Assembly (NCBI GenBank): GCA_050949525.1
Contig: JBMNFW010000001.1
Location: 529-64,528, forward strand
Length of the DNA stretch: 64,000 nt
Direction: 5' to 3'
DNA from: Patescibacteria group bacterium
GTDB taxonomy: Bacteria > Patescibacteriota > Patescibacteriia > Patescibacteriales > UBA12465
A program made the position numbers and the translations under genes. Below the pieces are notes generated by a model. That model worked only from the letters and a program-made list of their open reading frames with translations. It was not told where the DNA came from and searched no databases. Shown one piece after another: positions 44,176-53,286 of this stretch. Each line of letters opens with the position of its first letter. Position 1 is the stretch's first letter.

Positions 44176-44249
44176 TGGACCTAATGGGACTCGAACCCAT
44201 GACCTCTTGCATGCCGAGCAAGCACTCTAGCCAACTGAGCTATAGGCCC
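44176..44249 (-). tRNA. tRNA-Ala (anticodon GGC) with G3:U70 and unusual C33
   Basis: Acceptor GGGCCTA/TAGGTCC (G3.U70), anticodon arm CTTGC-TCGGCAT-GCAAG. Confidence 0.8.
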
Positions 44250-44292
44250 TTATAAATATAATATAGCATAAAACAACAAAAAACAAAATTAG

Positions 44293-44364
44293 TGTCCTCA
44301 CTACGAATTGAACGTAGATCTAGAACTTAGGAGGTTCTTGTTTTATCCGTTAAACTATGAGGAC
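44293..44364 (-). tRNA. tRNA-Arg (anticodon CCT)
   Basis: Acceptor GTCCTCA/TGAGGAC, anticodon arm AGAAC-CTCCTAA-GTTCT. Confidence 0.8.
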
Positions 44365-44475
44365 CTATAACACAAGGATAAACTAAATTTTAAAAAAAAG
44401 CAATTAATTTTTTGACAAAAAACAAAGTTTAAGCTAATATTTTAATAGATAAAAATAATTATTAAAAAAATTTTT

Positions 44476-44883
44476 ATGTTTAAAAAAGATGAAAAAATAA
44501 ATGATTTCAACGAAGCCGAAACTATTATTGGAGAATCTGTCCAAGTAAAAGGACATTTTGAAAATAATGGCAACGTTGTTATTAATGGATCCCTAGATGG
44601 AGAAATAAAAACCAAAGGAGCTATTTTAGTAGGAGAAAAAGCTAAAATCACCGCCAATATTCAGGCCGAAGAAATGGTGGTCAAAGGAAATATTGAGGGA
44701 AGTATTAAGGTTTTTGGATACTTATCAATTGGGGAAACAGCTAAAATTTTAGGAGACATTGAATGTATTCAAATATCTATTGAGAAAGGAGCTCAAATTA
44801 ATGGAAAAGTTTCTATTAGTAATGAAATAGAAAAAGAAGACAAGATTATAAATAACGAAAATGATTATTCCATTGTCGAATAA
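44476..44883 (+). CDS. Bactofilin (polymer-forming cytoskeletal protein)
   Basis: Repeating beta-helix pattern ..VKGHFENNGNVVINGSLDGEIKTKGAILVGEKAKITANIQAEEMVVKGNIEGSIKV.. Confidence 0.8.
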   Translation: MFKKDEKINDFNEAETIIGESVQVKGHFENNGNVVINGSLDGEIKTKGAILVGEKAKITANIQAEEMVVKGNIEGSIKVFGYLSIGETAKILGDIECIQISIEKGAQINGKVSISNEIEKEDKIINNENDYSIVE

Positions 44884-44889
44884 ATAATT

Positions 44890-45615
44890 ATGAATATCTT
44901 TTTATATGACGAAATAACCGATAAATATAAAAAGAAAATAAAAAGAGTTGAGGAGGAATTAAATCGATTAAGCCTTCAAGGAAAAATAATTTATCTAAAA
45001 AACGTCAAAAACTTAAAAGAATCTCTTTTAGAAGAGATTAATAATGGAGCTAAAACAATAATATCTGTCGGAAATAATAAAACTGTAAACAATATTGTTA
45101 ATATTTTAGCTAATATTAGCGATAATATTCCCATTTCATTAATTCCTATTGGACCTAATAACTCCATAGCCGAATCACTTGGTATTAAAAATGAAAAAAA
45201 TGCCTGTTTTATTTTATCTAGTCGACGAATAGAAAATCTAAACGTTTGCCAAGCTAATGAAAGTTTTTTTATAGAACAGGCTACTATTAAGGCTCAAGGT
45301 TCAAGAATATATATTGATAATAATTTTAAAATAAGTTCAGATAGAAAAGGAGAAATATTTATATACAATATTGCTCCTAATAATTATCCCAAAAAAGATT
45401 TAGTTAATCCTAAAAATAAAACCTTACATATTTATATTAAAACTGGTTTAAAAAATGAAACTCATATAAGCGGAAAAACTATTGAGGTAAAAAATGAGAC
45501 TGAAGAGCTTATTTTAGATGGGGCTATTAATATTTCTTCACCAATTAAAATAAATGTAACAAAAAAATCAATTCCATTTATTGTGGGAAAACTTAGAAGT
45601 TTTAATACTTTATAA
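44890..45615 (+). CDS. Hypothetical protein, degenerate DAG-kinase/NAD-kinase-like fold?
   Basis: IISVGNNKTVNNIVNIL resembles the GGDGT region of DAGK_cat but lacks the consensus glycines. Confidence 0.35.
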   Translation: MNIFLYDEITDKYKKKIKRVEEELNRLSLQGKIIYLKNVKNLKESLLEEINNGAKTIISVGNNKTVNNIVNILANISDNIPISLIPIGPNNSIAESLGIKNEKNACFILSSRRIENLNVCQANESFFIEQATIKAQGSRIYIDNNFKISSDRKGEIFIYNIAPNNYPKKDLVNPKNKTLHIYIKTGLKNETHISGKTIEVKNETEELILDGAINISSPIKINVTKKSIPFIVGKLRSFNTL

Positions 45616-45634
45616 TAAGCTTAAAATATTAATT

Positions 45635-45664
45635 AAAAAAATGTTCTACGTAGAACATTTTTTT
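45635..45664. terminator. Perfect 30-bp palindrome / bidirectional terminator
   Basis: A7-TGTTCTAC|GTAGAACA-T7. Confidence 0.6.
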
Positions 45665-45674
45665 AATTTTCAAT

Positions 45675-45710
45675 AATTAATAATTGTTCTACGTAGAACA
45701 ATTATTAATT
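45675..45710. repeat. Perfect 36-bp palindrome sharing the 14-bp core GTTCTACGTAGAAC; abuts the yidC stop
   Basis: AATTAATAATTGTTCTAC|GTAGAACAATTATTAATT. Confidence 0.6.
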
Positions 45711-46436
45711 TTATTTTAAAACTTTAACCGGAGACTTTATTTTACTAAATATTATTTTTTGCTGAACAGCTGTAAATAGGGTAGTTAAAAACCAATATAA
45801 TGTTAACCCAGCCGGAAACTGTAGACCAATCAACACTGTTATAACTGGCATAACATAAAGCATCTGTTTATTCATAATTGATAACATTTTTTCATCTTTT
45901 GATCCCTCAGTTTTTACTTCAGGTTTTTTAGTATGCATCATTCGAGATTGCCAAAATTGAGCCAAACCAGCTAAAACGGCTAAATAAACACTAGTCTGCG
46001 CTAAATCAAAATAACCTAAAGTCATAGTATTTATTATTTCAGGATTATTTACAAAAGAATAAAGTAAATCTAAATGATTCTGAGCAAAACCATCCTTAAA
46101 AACCCTAAAAATAGCTATTAAAAACGGTAACTGAATAAGTAATGGTAAGCAAGATGAAAAAGGATTAACTTCATTTTTCTTATAAAGTTCCATTAAAGCA
46201 ACGCTTTGAGCATGTTTATCATCCTTATATTTTTCTTTTAATTTTTCTATCTCAGGCTGTAACTCCTGTAAGGCTTTCTGAGATTTGATAGATTTTTTAG
46301 AAAGAGGAAAGAGAACTACTTTAATAATTATAGTTAAAAATAATATAGCTAAACCTAAATCACCAAAAATATTATACAGATAAACCAAAAGATTTAAAAT
46401 TGGTTGATAAAATAAGGTTTGAAAAAATCCACTCAT
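45711..46436 (-). CDS. yidC: Membrane protein insertase YidC (short form)
   Basis: 241 aa; QPEIEKLKEKYKDD, NPFSSCLPLLIQLPFLIA; synteny rpmH-rnpA-yidD-yidC. Confidence 0.85.
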   Translation of the reverse strand: MSGFFQTLFYQPILNLLVYLYNIFGDLGLAILFLTIIIKVVLFPLSKKSIKSQKALQELQPEIEKLKEKYKDDKHAQSVALMELYKKNEVNPFSSCLPLLIQLPFLIAIFRVFKDGFAQNHLDLLYSFVNNPEIINTMTLGYFDLAQTSVYLAVLAGLAQFWQSRMMHTKKPEVKTEGSKDEKMLSIMNKQMLYVMPVITVLIGLQFPAGLTLYWFLTTLFTAVQQKIIFSKIKSPVKVLK

Positions 46437-46461
46437 ATTTATTATTTTAGTTTTTAATTTA

Positions 46462-46731
46462 TTATTTTAAGGGATCGTGCCCACCGGGATTAAAAGGATT
46501 ACATCTAATAATCCGCCAAATAGTTTTTTTAGCACCCTTAATAACCCCATATTTTTTAAAAGCTTGAATTCCATATTCAGAACAAGTAGGAGTAAAACGA
46601 CAAACACCCTGAGGAAAAACTCCCTTTAACAGTCCGTGATCAGGTGATAATGTTTTTTGATAAATTTTAATAAAAAATATAATTATATTTCTTGGAATCT
46701 CTATAAAAAATCTATATAGTTTAAAAAACAT
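46462..46731 (-). CDS. yidD: Membrane protein insertion efficiency factor YidD
   Basis: [19 protein letters not shown]...[12 protein letters not shown]. Confidence 0.85.
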   Translation of the reverse strand: MFFKLYRFFIEIPRNIIIFFIKIYQKTLSPDHGLLKGVFPQGVCRFTPTCSEYGIQAFKKYGVIKGAKKTIWRIIRCNPFNPGGHDPLK

Positions 46732-46735
46732 ATCT

Positions 46736-47071
46736 TTATACTACTTCTTTAAAAGCTTGTGTTAAAAATATCTCTATCTTAGAATATTTTTCTTGAGAAA
46801 AATCTTTTTTTACTGTAATAACAAAATCAAAGCCTGATGCTATTTCTTTTTTATTGTTTATAAAAAAATATTTAACCCTTCGTTTCATTTTATTTCTATT
46901 TACTGATTTTTTGCTAACCTTAGCAGAAATTATAACAACTAGTCGGCTATATTCCTTATTATTTTTAAGAGACTTGATACCTAAAAAATCATTATAAAAA
47001 GATTTACTACCCTCTTTAAACACTAAATCAATATCCTTTTTCTTTCTTAATCTATATTCCTTTTTTAACAT
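46736..47071 (-). CDS. rnpA: RNase P protein component
   Basis: 111-aa basic protein between rpmH and yidD; [15 protein letters not shown] (RNR-like motif). Confidence 0.8.
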   Translation of the reverse strand: MLKKEYRLRKKKDIDLVFKEGSKSFYNDFLGIKSLKNNKEYSRLVVIISAKVSKKSVNRNKMKRRVKYFFINNKKEIASGFDFVITVKKDFSQEKYSKIEIFLTQAFKEVV

Positions 47072-47085
47072 TACTTTAATCTGAT

Positions 47086-47223
47086 CTATTTTGATAAACG
47101 ATCTCTACCTCTGTCTCTTCTTCTTTTGATTATATTTTGACCGACCTTACTACTCATTCTTTTTAAAAATCCATGCTTTTTCTTAGCTCTTCTAGCATTA
47201 GGTTGAAATGTTCTTTTTGGCAT
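47086..47223 (-). CDS. rpmH: 50S ribosomal protein L34
   Basis: Below ORF-track cutoff. Hand translation [45 protein letters not shown]. Confidence 0.9.
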   Translation of the reverse strand: MPKRTFQPNARRAKKKHGFLKRMSSKVGQNIIKRRRDRGRDRLSK

Positions 47224-47289
47224 ATTAATAAAAAAATAATTATATCTAATAATTATATATACAATAATTATAATTTATAAAACACGTTT

Positions 47290-47318
47290 ATTATATTTAA
47301 ATAAGATATTTTTGTCAA
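47290..47318 (-). promoter_or_regulatory. Consensus promoter for rpmH operon
   Basis: - strand TTGACA (47318-47313), 17-nt spacer, TATAAT (47295-47290). Confidence 0.5.
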
Positions 47319-47327
47319 ATTGACTTC

Positions 47328-47762
47328 TTATTTAAAACAATGAGGAGCTATATTTTCTGAAATATTAAAACTTAACAAGGTTTCACAATCTGGAGCTTTT
47401 TCCCCGGTCCAGATGATCTCTAACTTATTATTACTAATAAGGCCTAAGAAAAATCCAGTATATCCCTTATCTTCTGAACTTAAAACTGTATAAGTTCCTA
47501 AAGCATGAATATCAGACTCAACTATAATAGAAGTAGAAATATTTTCTAAACCAAAATTCAATTTTTGAGATTGATGTAAAGCTCTTGAAAAAAGATGCTC
47601 TCTTTCTTCAAAGCTATTTTCAATAAAAAAATTTTCTTGAAAAGATGCCTTTTCATTTTGAAAGTCTTTTCCAAAAAAATTAGAATTTTTTAAAAATAAC
47701 CCCCCTAATAAAATTAAAAAAATTATTAATAAAAAAATAAATATTGTTTTTTTTGTGTTCAT
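47328..47762 (-). CDS. Hypothetical secreted/anchored protein
   Basis: 144 aa, N-terminal TM/signal, no motif. Confidence 0.5.
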   Translation of the reverse strand: MNTKKTIFIFLLIIFLILLGGLFLKNSNFFGKDFQNEKASFQENFFIENSFEEREHLFSRALHQSQKLNFGLENISTSIIVESDIHALGTYTVLSSEDKGYTGFFLGLISNNKLEIIWTGEKAPDCETLLSFNISENIAPHCFK

Positions 47763-47876
47763 ATTTTTAAATTTTTATATTCATAATTATAACATAAAAA
47801 ATTAAAAAAGAAAACTTCTTATTTACTTTTTATTTATAAAAACATATAATATAAAAAAGAATTAATTTATAAATAT

Positions 47877-48443
47877 ATGATTATTTCTATCAGTGGTTTT
47901 CCTGGCTCTGGTAAAAGCACTATTGCTAAGCTTCTGGCCGAAAAATTAAAGTGGCCTAGATATTATATGGGAGGACTACGTCGAGAAGCGGCGAAAAAAA
48001 GGGGTTTAACCTTAGCTGAATACAACAAACTAGGAGAAAGTGATCCCTCAACCGATCTTGAAGTTGATAATTATCAAAAAAAATTAGGAGAAGAAAAAGA
48101 TAATTTTATAATTGAGGGCCGGACTTCATGGCATTTTATTCCTCATTCTATAAAAATATATTTAGATGTTAATAAAAAAGCTGCAGCTAAAAGAATTTTT
48201 TCTCATCTTCAAGAAGAAAATAATAGAAACGAAGATCACAATTTAAAAACCCTAGAAGACGTTGAAAAAAGTATTGAAGAAAGATATTTAAGTGATAAGA
48301 AAAGATATGAACAATATTTTAATATTGATGTTTATGATAAAAATAATTACGATTTTTATTTAGATACTACTAACTTTAATATTCAAGAAGTTTTTAACCA
48401 AGTTTTTGATTTTATTTCTACAAAAATAGATATTGACAAATAA
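47877..48443 (+). CDS. cmk: Cytidylate kinase-like (archaeal-type CMP kinase / AAA NMP kinase)
   Basis: P-loop ISGFPGSGKSTIAKLLAEKL; 188 aa. Confidence 0.65.
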   Translation: MIISISGFPGSGKSTIAKLLAEKLKWPRYYMGGLRREAAKKRGLTLAEYNKLGESDPSTDLEVDNYQKKLGEEKDNFIIEGRTSWHFIPHSIKIYLDVNKKAAAKRIFSHLQEENNRNEDHNLKTLEDVEKSIEERYLSDKKRYEQYFNIDVYDKNNYDFYLDTTNFNIQEVFNQVFDFISTKIDIDK

Positions 48444-48463
48444 AGAATAAATCTATAATATAT

Positions 48464-48489
48464 AAAAACAAGATTTTTTCTTGTTTTTT
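48464..48489 (+). terminator. Rho-independent terminator
   Basis: ACAAGA-ttttt-TCTTGT + T5. Confidence 0.55.
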
Positions 48490-48511
48490 AAATTTTATAA
48501 AACATAAAAAT

Positions 48512-48843
48512 ATGGCTGAAGTAAAAGCACAGGACATTAAACCAGGTATGACCATTAGGGTTTATCAAAAAATTAAAGAACTTAATACTAAAGGAGAGGA
48601 AAAAGAAAGAATCCAGTATTTTGAAGGAATTGTTTTAGCTAAAAAACACGGACAAGAGGCTGGTGCTAGTATAACTGTTAGAAAAATATCCGATGGTATT
48701 GGAGTTGAAAAAATATTTCCTTTAAATCTACCAAGTATAACTAAAATAGAAATAAAAAAAGAAGCTCAAGTTAGACGAGCTAAGCTTTATTTCTTAAAAA
48801 GAGGTTATAAAAAAAGACTCAAAGAAAAAGTATATAAAAAATA

Positions 48844-48844
<1 letters not shown>
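48512..48844 (+). CDS. rplS: 50S ribosomal protein L19
   Basis: DIKPGMTIRVYQKIKE....ERIQYFEGIVLAKKH......ITVRKIS.GIGVEKIFPL. Confidence 0.9.
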
Positions 48845-48927
<83 letters not shown>

Positions 48928-48939
48928 CATAAAAAATAA

Positions 48940-49013
48940 GGGCGTATAGCTCAGCTGGCTAGAGCACTTCGTTTACACCGAAGGGGTCCAGGGTTCGAAT
49001 CCTTGTGCGCCCA
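48940..49013 (+). tRNA. tRNA-Val (anticodon TAC)
   Basis: Acceptor GGGCGTA/TGCGCCC, anticodon arm CTTCG-TTTACAC-CGAAG. Confidence 0.85.
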
Positions 49014-49020
49014 CGATTTT

Positions 49021-49049
49021 ATAAGAACAGATTAGCTATCTGTTCTTAT
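49021..49049 (+). terminator. 12-bp hairpin terminator after tRNA-Val
   Basis: ATAAGAACAGAT-tagct-ATCTGTTCTTAT. Confidence 0.55.
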
Positions 49050-49067
49050 TTATAAAATAATAAAAAT

Positions 49068-49661
49068 ATGAATATCTTAATTTTTGGTGATAGTATAACT
49101 TGGGAGGCACATGATCCTAAACAAGGTGGTTGGGCAACACACTTACGAAATTATTTAGAAGAAAAATCTAATAATAAAATTAGTGTTTATAATCTTGGAA
49201 TTAATGGTGATACTACCACCAACCTATTAGAGCGAATTGAGATTGAAACAAAATCACGTGAACCAGATTTAATTATTTTTGCTATTGGTATAAATGACGC
49301 TACATTTATACACTCTTTAAATAATACTTACACTCCACTTAATCAGTTCCAAAAAAATTTAGAAAGGCTTTTTGATATTGCTAAAAACTTTACTAATAAT
49401 ATTATTTTTATCGGACTAACAAAGGTAGATGAATTAAAAATCAACCCTTCTTCATGGGAATTTAATCAAACACTTCTTAATAAGGATATCGAACAATTTG
49501 ATAATACTATTAAAGAATTTTGTGAAAATAATAAAATAAAATTTATTTCTATGAAGGGTATTATTGAAAATAAAGATCTTTATGATGGACTCCATCCCAA
49601 CACTCAAGGACATATTAAAATGTTTAACCAAATATTACCCGAAATAAAATTAATGTTATAA
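49068..49661 (+). CDS. SGNH/GDSL hydrolase
   Basis: Block I ILIFGDSIT, block III GINDA, block V DGLHPN. Confidence 0.75.
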   Translation: MNILIFGDSITWEAHDPKQGGWATHLRNYLEEKSNNKISVYNLGINGDTTTNLLERIEIETKSREPDLIIFAIGINDATFIHSLNNTYTPLNQFQKNLERLFDIAKNFTNNIIFIGLTKVDELKINPSSWEFNQTLLNKDIEQFDNTIKEFCENNKIKFISMKGIIENKDLYDGLHPNTQGHIKMFNQILPEIKLML

Positions 49662-49668
49662 AAAAATT

Positions 49669-50373
49669 ATGAAAAAAATGATCAAAAAATTAATAAGCTC
49701 TATAATTATAAAAATATATAAATTAAAATGTAAAAATCTAATAATTAGACATGGAACAACTGATAGCGCTGTCTTTAGAAGTGTTTTTTTATTTAAAGAA
49801 TTTAAACTACCAATAAAAATTAATCCTAAATTAATAATAGATGCGGGGGCCTATACGGGTTTATCGGCATTATACTACTCTTCAAAATATCCTTCGGCAA
49901 AAATAATTTGTATTGAACCTGAAACTTCTAATTTTGAGATATTAGAGAATAATACAAAAGATTTACCTAATATAACTAGGGTTAAAGCAGCGTTATGGCA
50001 TAAAAATGCATTTTTAAAAATAAAGGATATGGGTACTGGAAAATGGGGATTTATGGTTGAAGAGGTTTCAGAATCAGAAAATTTTGATATTAAAGCAATT
50101 ACTATCGAAGAAATATTAAAAAAATCAGGATATAATACAATTGATATTTTAAAACTTGATATTGAGGGTTCAGAAAAACAATTATTCTCTAAAAATTATC
50201 AAACCTGGTTAGAGAAGGTTAATATTATAGTACTTGAATTGCATGACAGAATTGTTGATGGTTGCACAAAATCCGTTTATTCCGCAATTGGTAAAAATGA
50301 ATGGAAAGAATTTAAAAAAGGCGAAAAAGTAATTTTTATTAAAAAAGATTATTACAAATCTCATATTAAATAA
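49669..50373 (+). CDS. FkbM-family methyltransferase
   Basis: IIDAGAYTGLSALYY ... ILKLDIEGSE pattern. Confidence 0.7.
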   Translation: MKKMIKKLISSIIIKIYKLKCKNLIIRHGTTDSAVFRSVFLFKEFKLPIKINPKLIIDAGAYTGLSALYYSSKYPSAKIICIEPETSNFEILENNTKDLPNITRVKAALWHKNAFLKIKDMGTGKWGFMVEEVSESENFDIKAITIEEILKKSGYNTIDILKLDIEGSEKQLFSKNYQTWLEKVNIIVLELHDRIVDGCTKSVYSAIGKNEWKEFKKGEKVIFIKKDYYKSHIK

Positions 50374-50527
50374 TTATTTATTAATGTTTTACAACTCCTA
50401 CTAACAATCTTAATTTGTTCTTTTTATTTAACATTTTATTAACACCTTATAAACAAAATAAAAATTGTTTTATTTATGTATTTTTATTATAATAAATCTA
50501 CTTTAATATATTTTAATCTTCATAATT

Positions 50528-51904
50528 ATGAATAACGATCAAATCTGGCAAGCTGTTTTAGGAGAGTTAGAAATAGGTATATCTAGGGTAAATTTTATTA
50601 CCTGGTTTAAAAATACCTTTATTTATTCAATTAATGATGATCATGTTATCATATCGGTTCCTAATGATTTTACGAAACGATGGTTAGAAAAAAAATATCA
50701 TAAAGCAATAAAAAATTCTATTGAAAAAATAACTGAAAAAAAAATAAAAGAAATAGAATATAAAGTTAATTTAAAAAAAGAAGATAATATTAAAGAAGAG
50801 CAGCCCATAAACAATATTATTAATTTAAACAAAAAGGATAACTCTAATAATAATATTGAAGATAAAAAAATAAATTTAAGCTCTTATGGATTAAATCCTA
50901 AATACTCTTTTGAAAATTTTGTGGTTGGTAAATCCACTGAATTAGCTTATGCCGCTTGTCAAGCCATAATCACTAATCCCGGCAAATCATATAATCCTTT
51001 GTTCATATACGGTGGAGTGGGTTTAGGAAAAACTCACTTATTACAAGCTATTGGAAATGAATTAGTTAAACACAATAAAAAAGTACTATATACTACCAGC
51101 GAACAATTCACTAATAATTATATTGACTCAATTAAAAGTGGTCGAGCTAAAGAATTTAAAAATCAATATCGAAACGTTGATTTACTTCTAGTAGATGATG
51201 TCCAATTTATGGGAGGAAAAGATGGAACTCAAGAAGAGTTTTTTCACACCTTTAATGAATTACAACAAGGAGATCGACAAATAGTTTTATCATCAGATCG
51301 ACCACCTAAAGCTATTCCAGCTATTGAGAAAAGATTAATTTCTCGTTTTGAATCTGGTATGGTAGCTGATGTTGGAAAACCAAACACTGAAACCAAAATA
51401 GCTATATTAGAAAGAAAAGCTAAAGAAAGAAATTATATAATAGAGGAAGAAATATTAGAATATGTTGCTAATAGTATACAAAATAATATTAGAGAATTAG
51501 AGGGAGCCTTAAATAAAATTATAGCCTATCATGAATTTCATAATCTTAAACCAACTTTAAAAGTAGTAAAAAATATCTTAAATGATTTAACTAATAATAA
51601 TCAAATTAAACCTATTTCCCCTAAAGATGTTCTAGAAACCGTTTCTCAATTTTATAATATTAATATTAAAGATTTAATTGGTGGAAAAAGAAAAAAAGAA
51701 CTAGTGGTTCCCCGACAAATTGCTATTTATATTATGAGAGAAGAATTAAAAACATCATATCCCACAATTGGAGAAGAGTTAGGTGGAAGAGACCACACCA
51801 CCGCCATTCATTCTTATAACAAAATACAAAAAGAAAAAGAAGAAAATGAAAGAATTAATCAAGATATTCAATCAATAAAACAATTATTATATGGATCTTT
51901 TTAG
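50528..51904 (+). CDS. dnaA: Chromosomal replication initiator DnaA
   Basis: Walker A GGVGLGKTHLL, Walker B LLLVDDVQF, C-terminal box-binding GGRDHTTAIHSYNKI. Confidence 0.95.
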   Translation: MNNDQIWQAVLGELEIGISRVNFITWFKNTFIYSINDDHVIISVPNDFTKRWLEKKYHKAIKNSIEKITEKKIKEIEYKVNLKKEDNIKEEQPINNIINLNKKDNSNNNIEDKKINLSSYGLNPKYSFENFVVGKSTELAYAACQAIITNPGKSYNPLFIYGGVGLGKTHLLQAIGNELVKHNKKVLYTTSEQFTNNYIDSIKSGRAKEFKNQYRNVDLLLVDDVQFMGGKDGTQEEFFHTFNELQQGDRQIVLSSDRPPKAIPAIEKRLISRFESGMVADVGKPNTETKIAILERKAKERNYIIEEEILEYVANSIQNNIRELEGALNKIIAYHEFHNLKPTLKVVKNILNDLTNNNQIKPISPKDVLETVSQFYNINIKDLIGGKRKKELVVPRQIAIYIMREELKTSYPTIGEELGGRDHTTAIHSYNKIQKEKEENERINQDIQSIKQLLYGSF

Positions 51905-52161
51905 TTGGGTAAAAAACCTTAATAATAAATAATTTTCTGTGAATAATAATATAACTAAGTGGGTAAAACTTTTAACAAATTGTTAATAAAAAAATCAATA
52001 AACAATATTATACCCAAGTAGTTAATAATTAATAATATTTTTTAAACAACATTATAAACAGTAAAAAATTAACTTTTTACCAATAATTATAAGTAAAAAA
52101 TTTAATTTAAAAGAATTATCCCCAACCCTTATTATTACTATTATTTAATATAATTAAAAAT
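51905..52161. other. Candidate oriC segment (dnaA-dnaN spacer with DnaA-box-like 9-mers)
   Basis: TGTGAATAA (51938-51946), TTATCCCCA (52116-52124), TTATAAACA (52052-52060; also 50447-50455). TGGGTAAAA-type motif at 51905-51914, 51959-51968 and inverted at 52008-52018. Confidence 0.45.
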
Positions 52162-53286
52162 ATGAAATTTATAAGTCTAAAAGAAAATTTAAAACAAGGA
52201 CTAAATATTGTAAGTCATTTAAGTTCTAAAAATATAAGTTTACCAATTTTAAATAATATTTTAATAAAAGCTAAAAAAGAAGGACTAGAATTAATGGCTA
52301 CCAATTTAGAGATTAGTGTTAATCATTTTTTAAGAGGTAAGGTTGAGCAAGAAGGAGAGATTATAATAGACTCTAAGCTTATAAATGAATATATAAATTT
52401 ATTACCAGAGGATAAAGTTGAAGCTCAATTAAAAGATGGGGAATTAAATATTACTTGTAAAAATTATAAAACAAAAATAAAAACTCAAGTAAGTAATGAT
52501 TTTCCAATATTACCAAGTATTGATAATAATAATTTTTATGAATTAAATTTTGATGATTTTAAAAATAGTTTATCTGAAGTATTTTTTGCTGTTTCTTTTA
52601 ATGAGAGTCGACCAGAATTATCAGGCATTCTTTTTTCTTTTCAAGAAAATGAGTTAATTTTAGTTGGAACAGATAGTTATAGATTATCAGAGAAGAAAAT
52701 AAAATTAAAAAATAAAAAATCTCTTGGTAAAAAAGATCTTATTATTCCGCTAAAAACTGCTCAAGAATTATTTAGAATTTTATCAAATTTTAAAAATGAA
52801 GATCAGATTAATGATTCTGATGTAGTTAAAATTAATTTCTCCGATAACCATATATTTTTTTCATTTGGAACAACTAATATTAGTTCTAAGTTAGTATTAG
52901 GAAAATATCCTGATTATCAACAAATAATTCCAAAAACAGAAAAATATCAAATAGAAATAGAAAAAACAACCCTAATTAGAGCTGTTAAGTCAGCGGGTAT
53001 TTTTTCTAAAACTGGAATTAATGATATTTCTATTTCTGTAAATAATGGTAAAGTAGTAGTGTCTTCAAGTTCTAGCCAAACAGGTGAAAATAATATTTAT
53101 CTTGATGCTAATATTAAAGGAGATGGGGATGAGATTTTATTTAATTATAAATATCTTCTAGATGGTTTGAATAATATAAAATCAGATCAAATTATTATTA
53201 AGATGATTGATAATAATAACCCTATAATTATAAAATCTAAAGAATTTGATGATTTTTTATATATAATGATGCCAATTAGACAGTAA
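52162..53286 (+). CDS. dnaN: DNA polymerase III beta sliding clamp
   Basis: 374 aa directly after dnaA; three-domain length, ...ATNLEISV..., ...LVGTDSYRLSE..., C-terminal MMPIR. Confidence 0.9.
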   Translation: MKFISLKENLKQGLNIVSHLSSKNISLPILNNILIKAKKEGLELMATNLEISVNHFLRGKVEQEGEIIIDSKLINEYINLLPEDKVEAQLKDGELNITCKNYKTKIKTQVSNDFPILPSIDNNNFYELNFDDFKNSLSEVFFAVSFNESRPELSGILFSFQENELILVGTDSYRLSEKKIKLKNKKSLGKKDLIIPLKTAQELFRILSNFKNEDQINDSDVVKINFSDNHIFFSFGTTNISSKLVLGKYPDYQQIIPKTEKYQIEIEKTTLIRAVKSAGIFSKTGINDISISVNNGKVVVSSSSSQTGENNIYLDANIKGDGDEILFNYKYLLDGLNNIKSDQIIIKMIDNNNPIIIKSKEFDDFLYIMMPIRQ

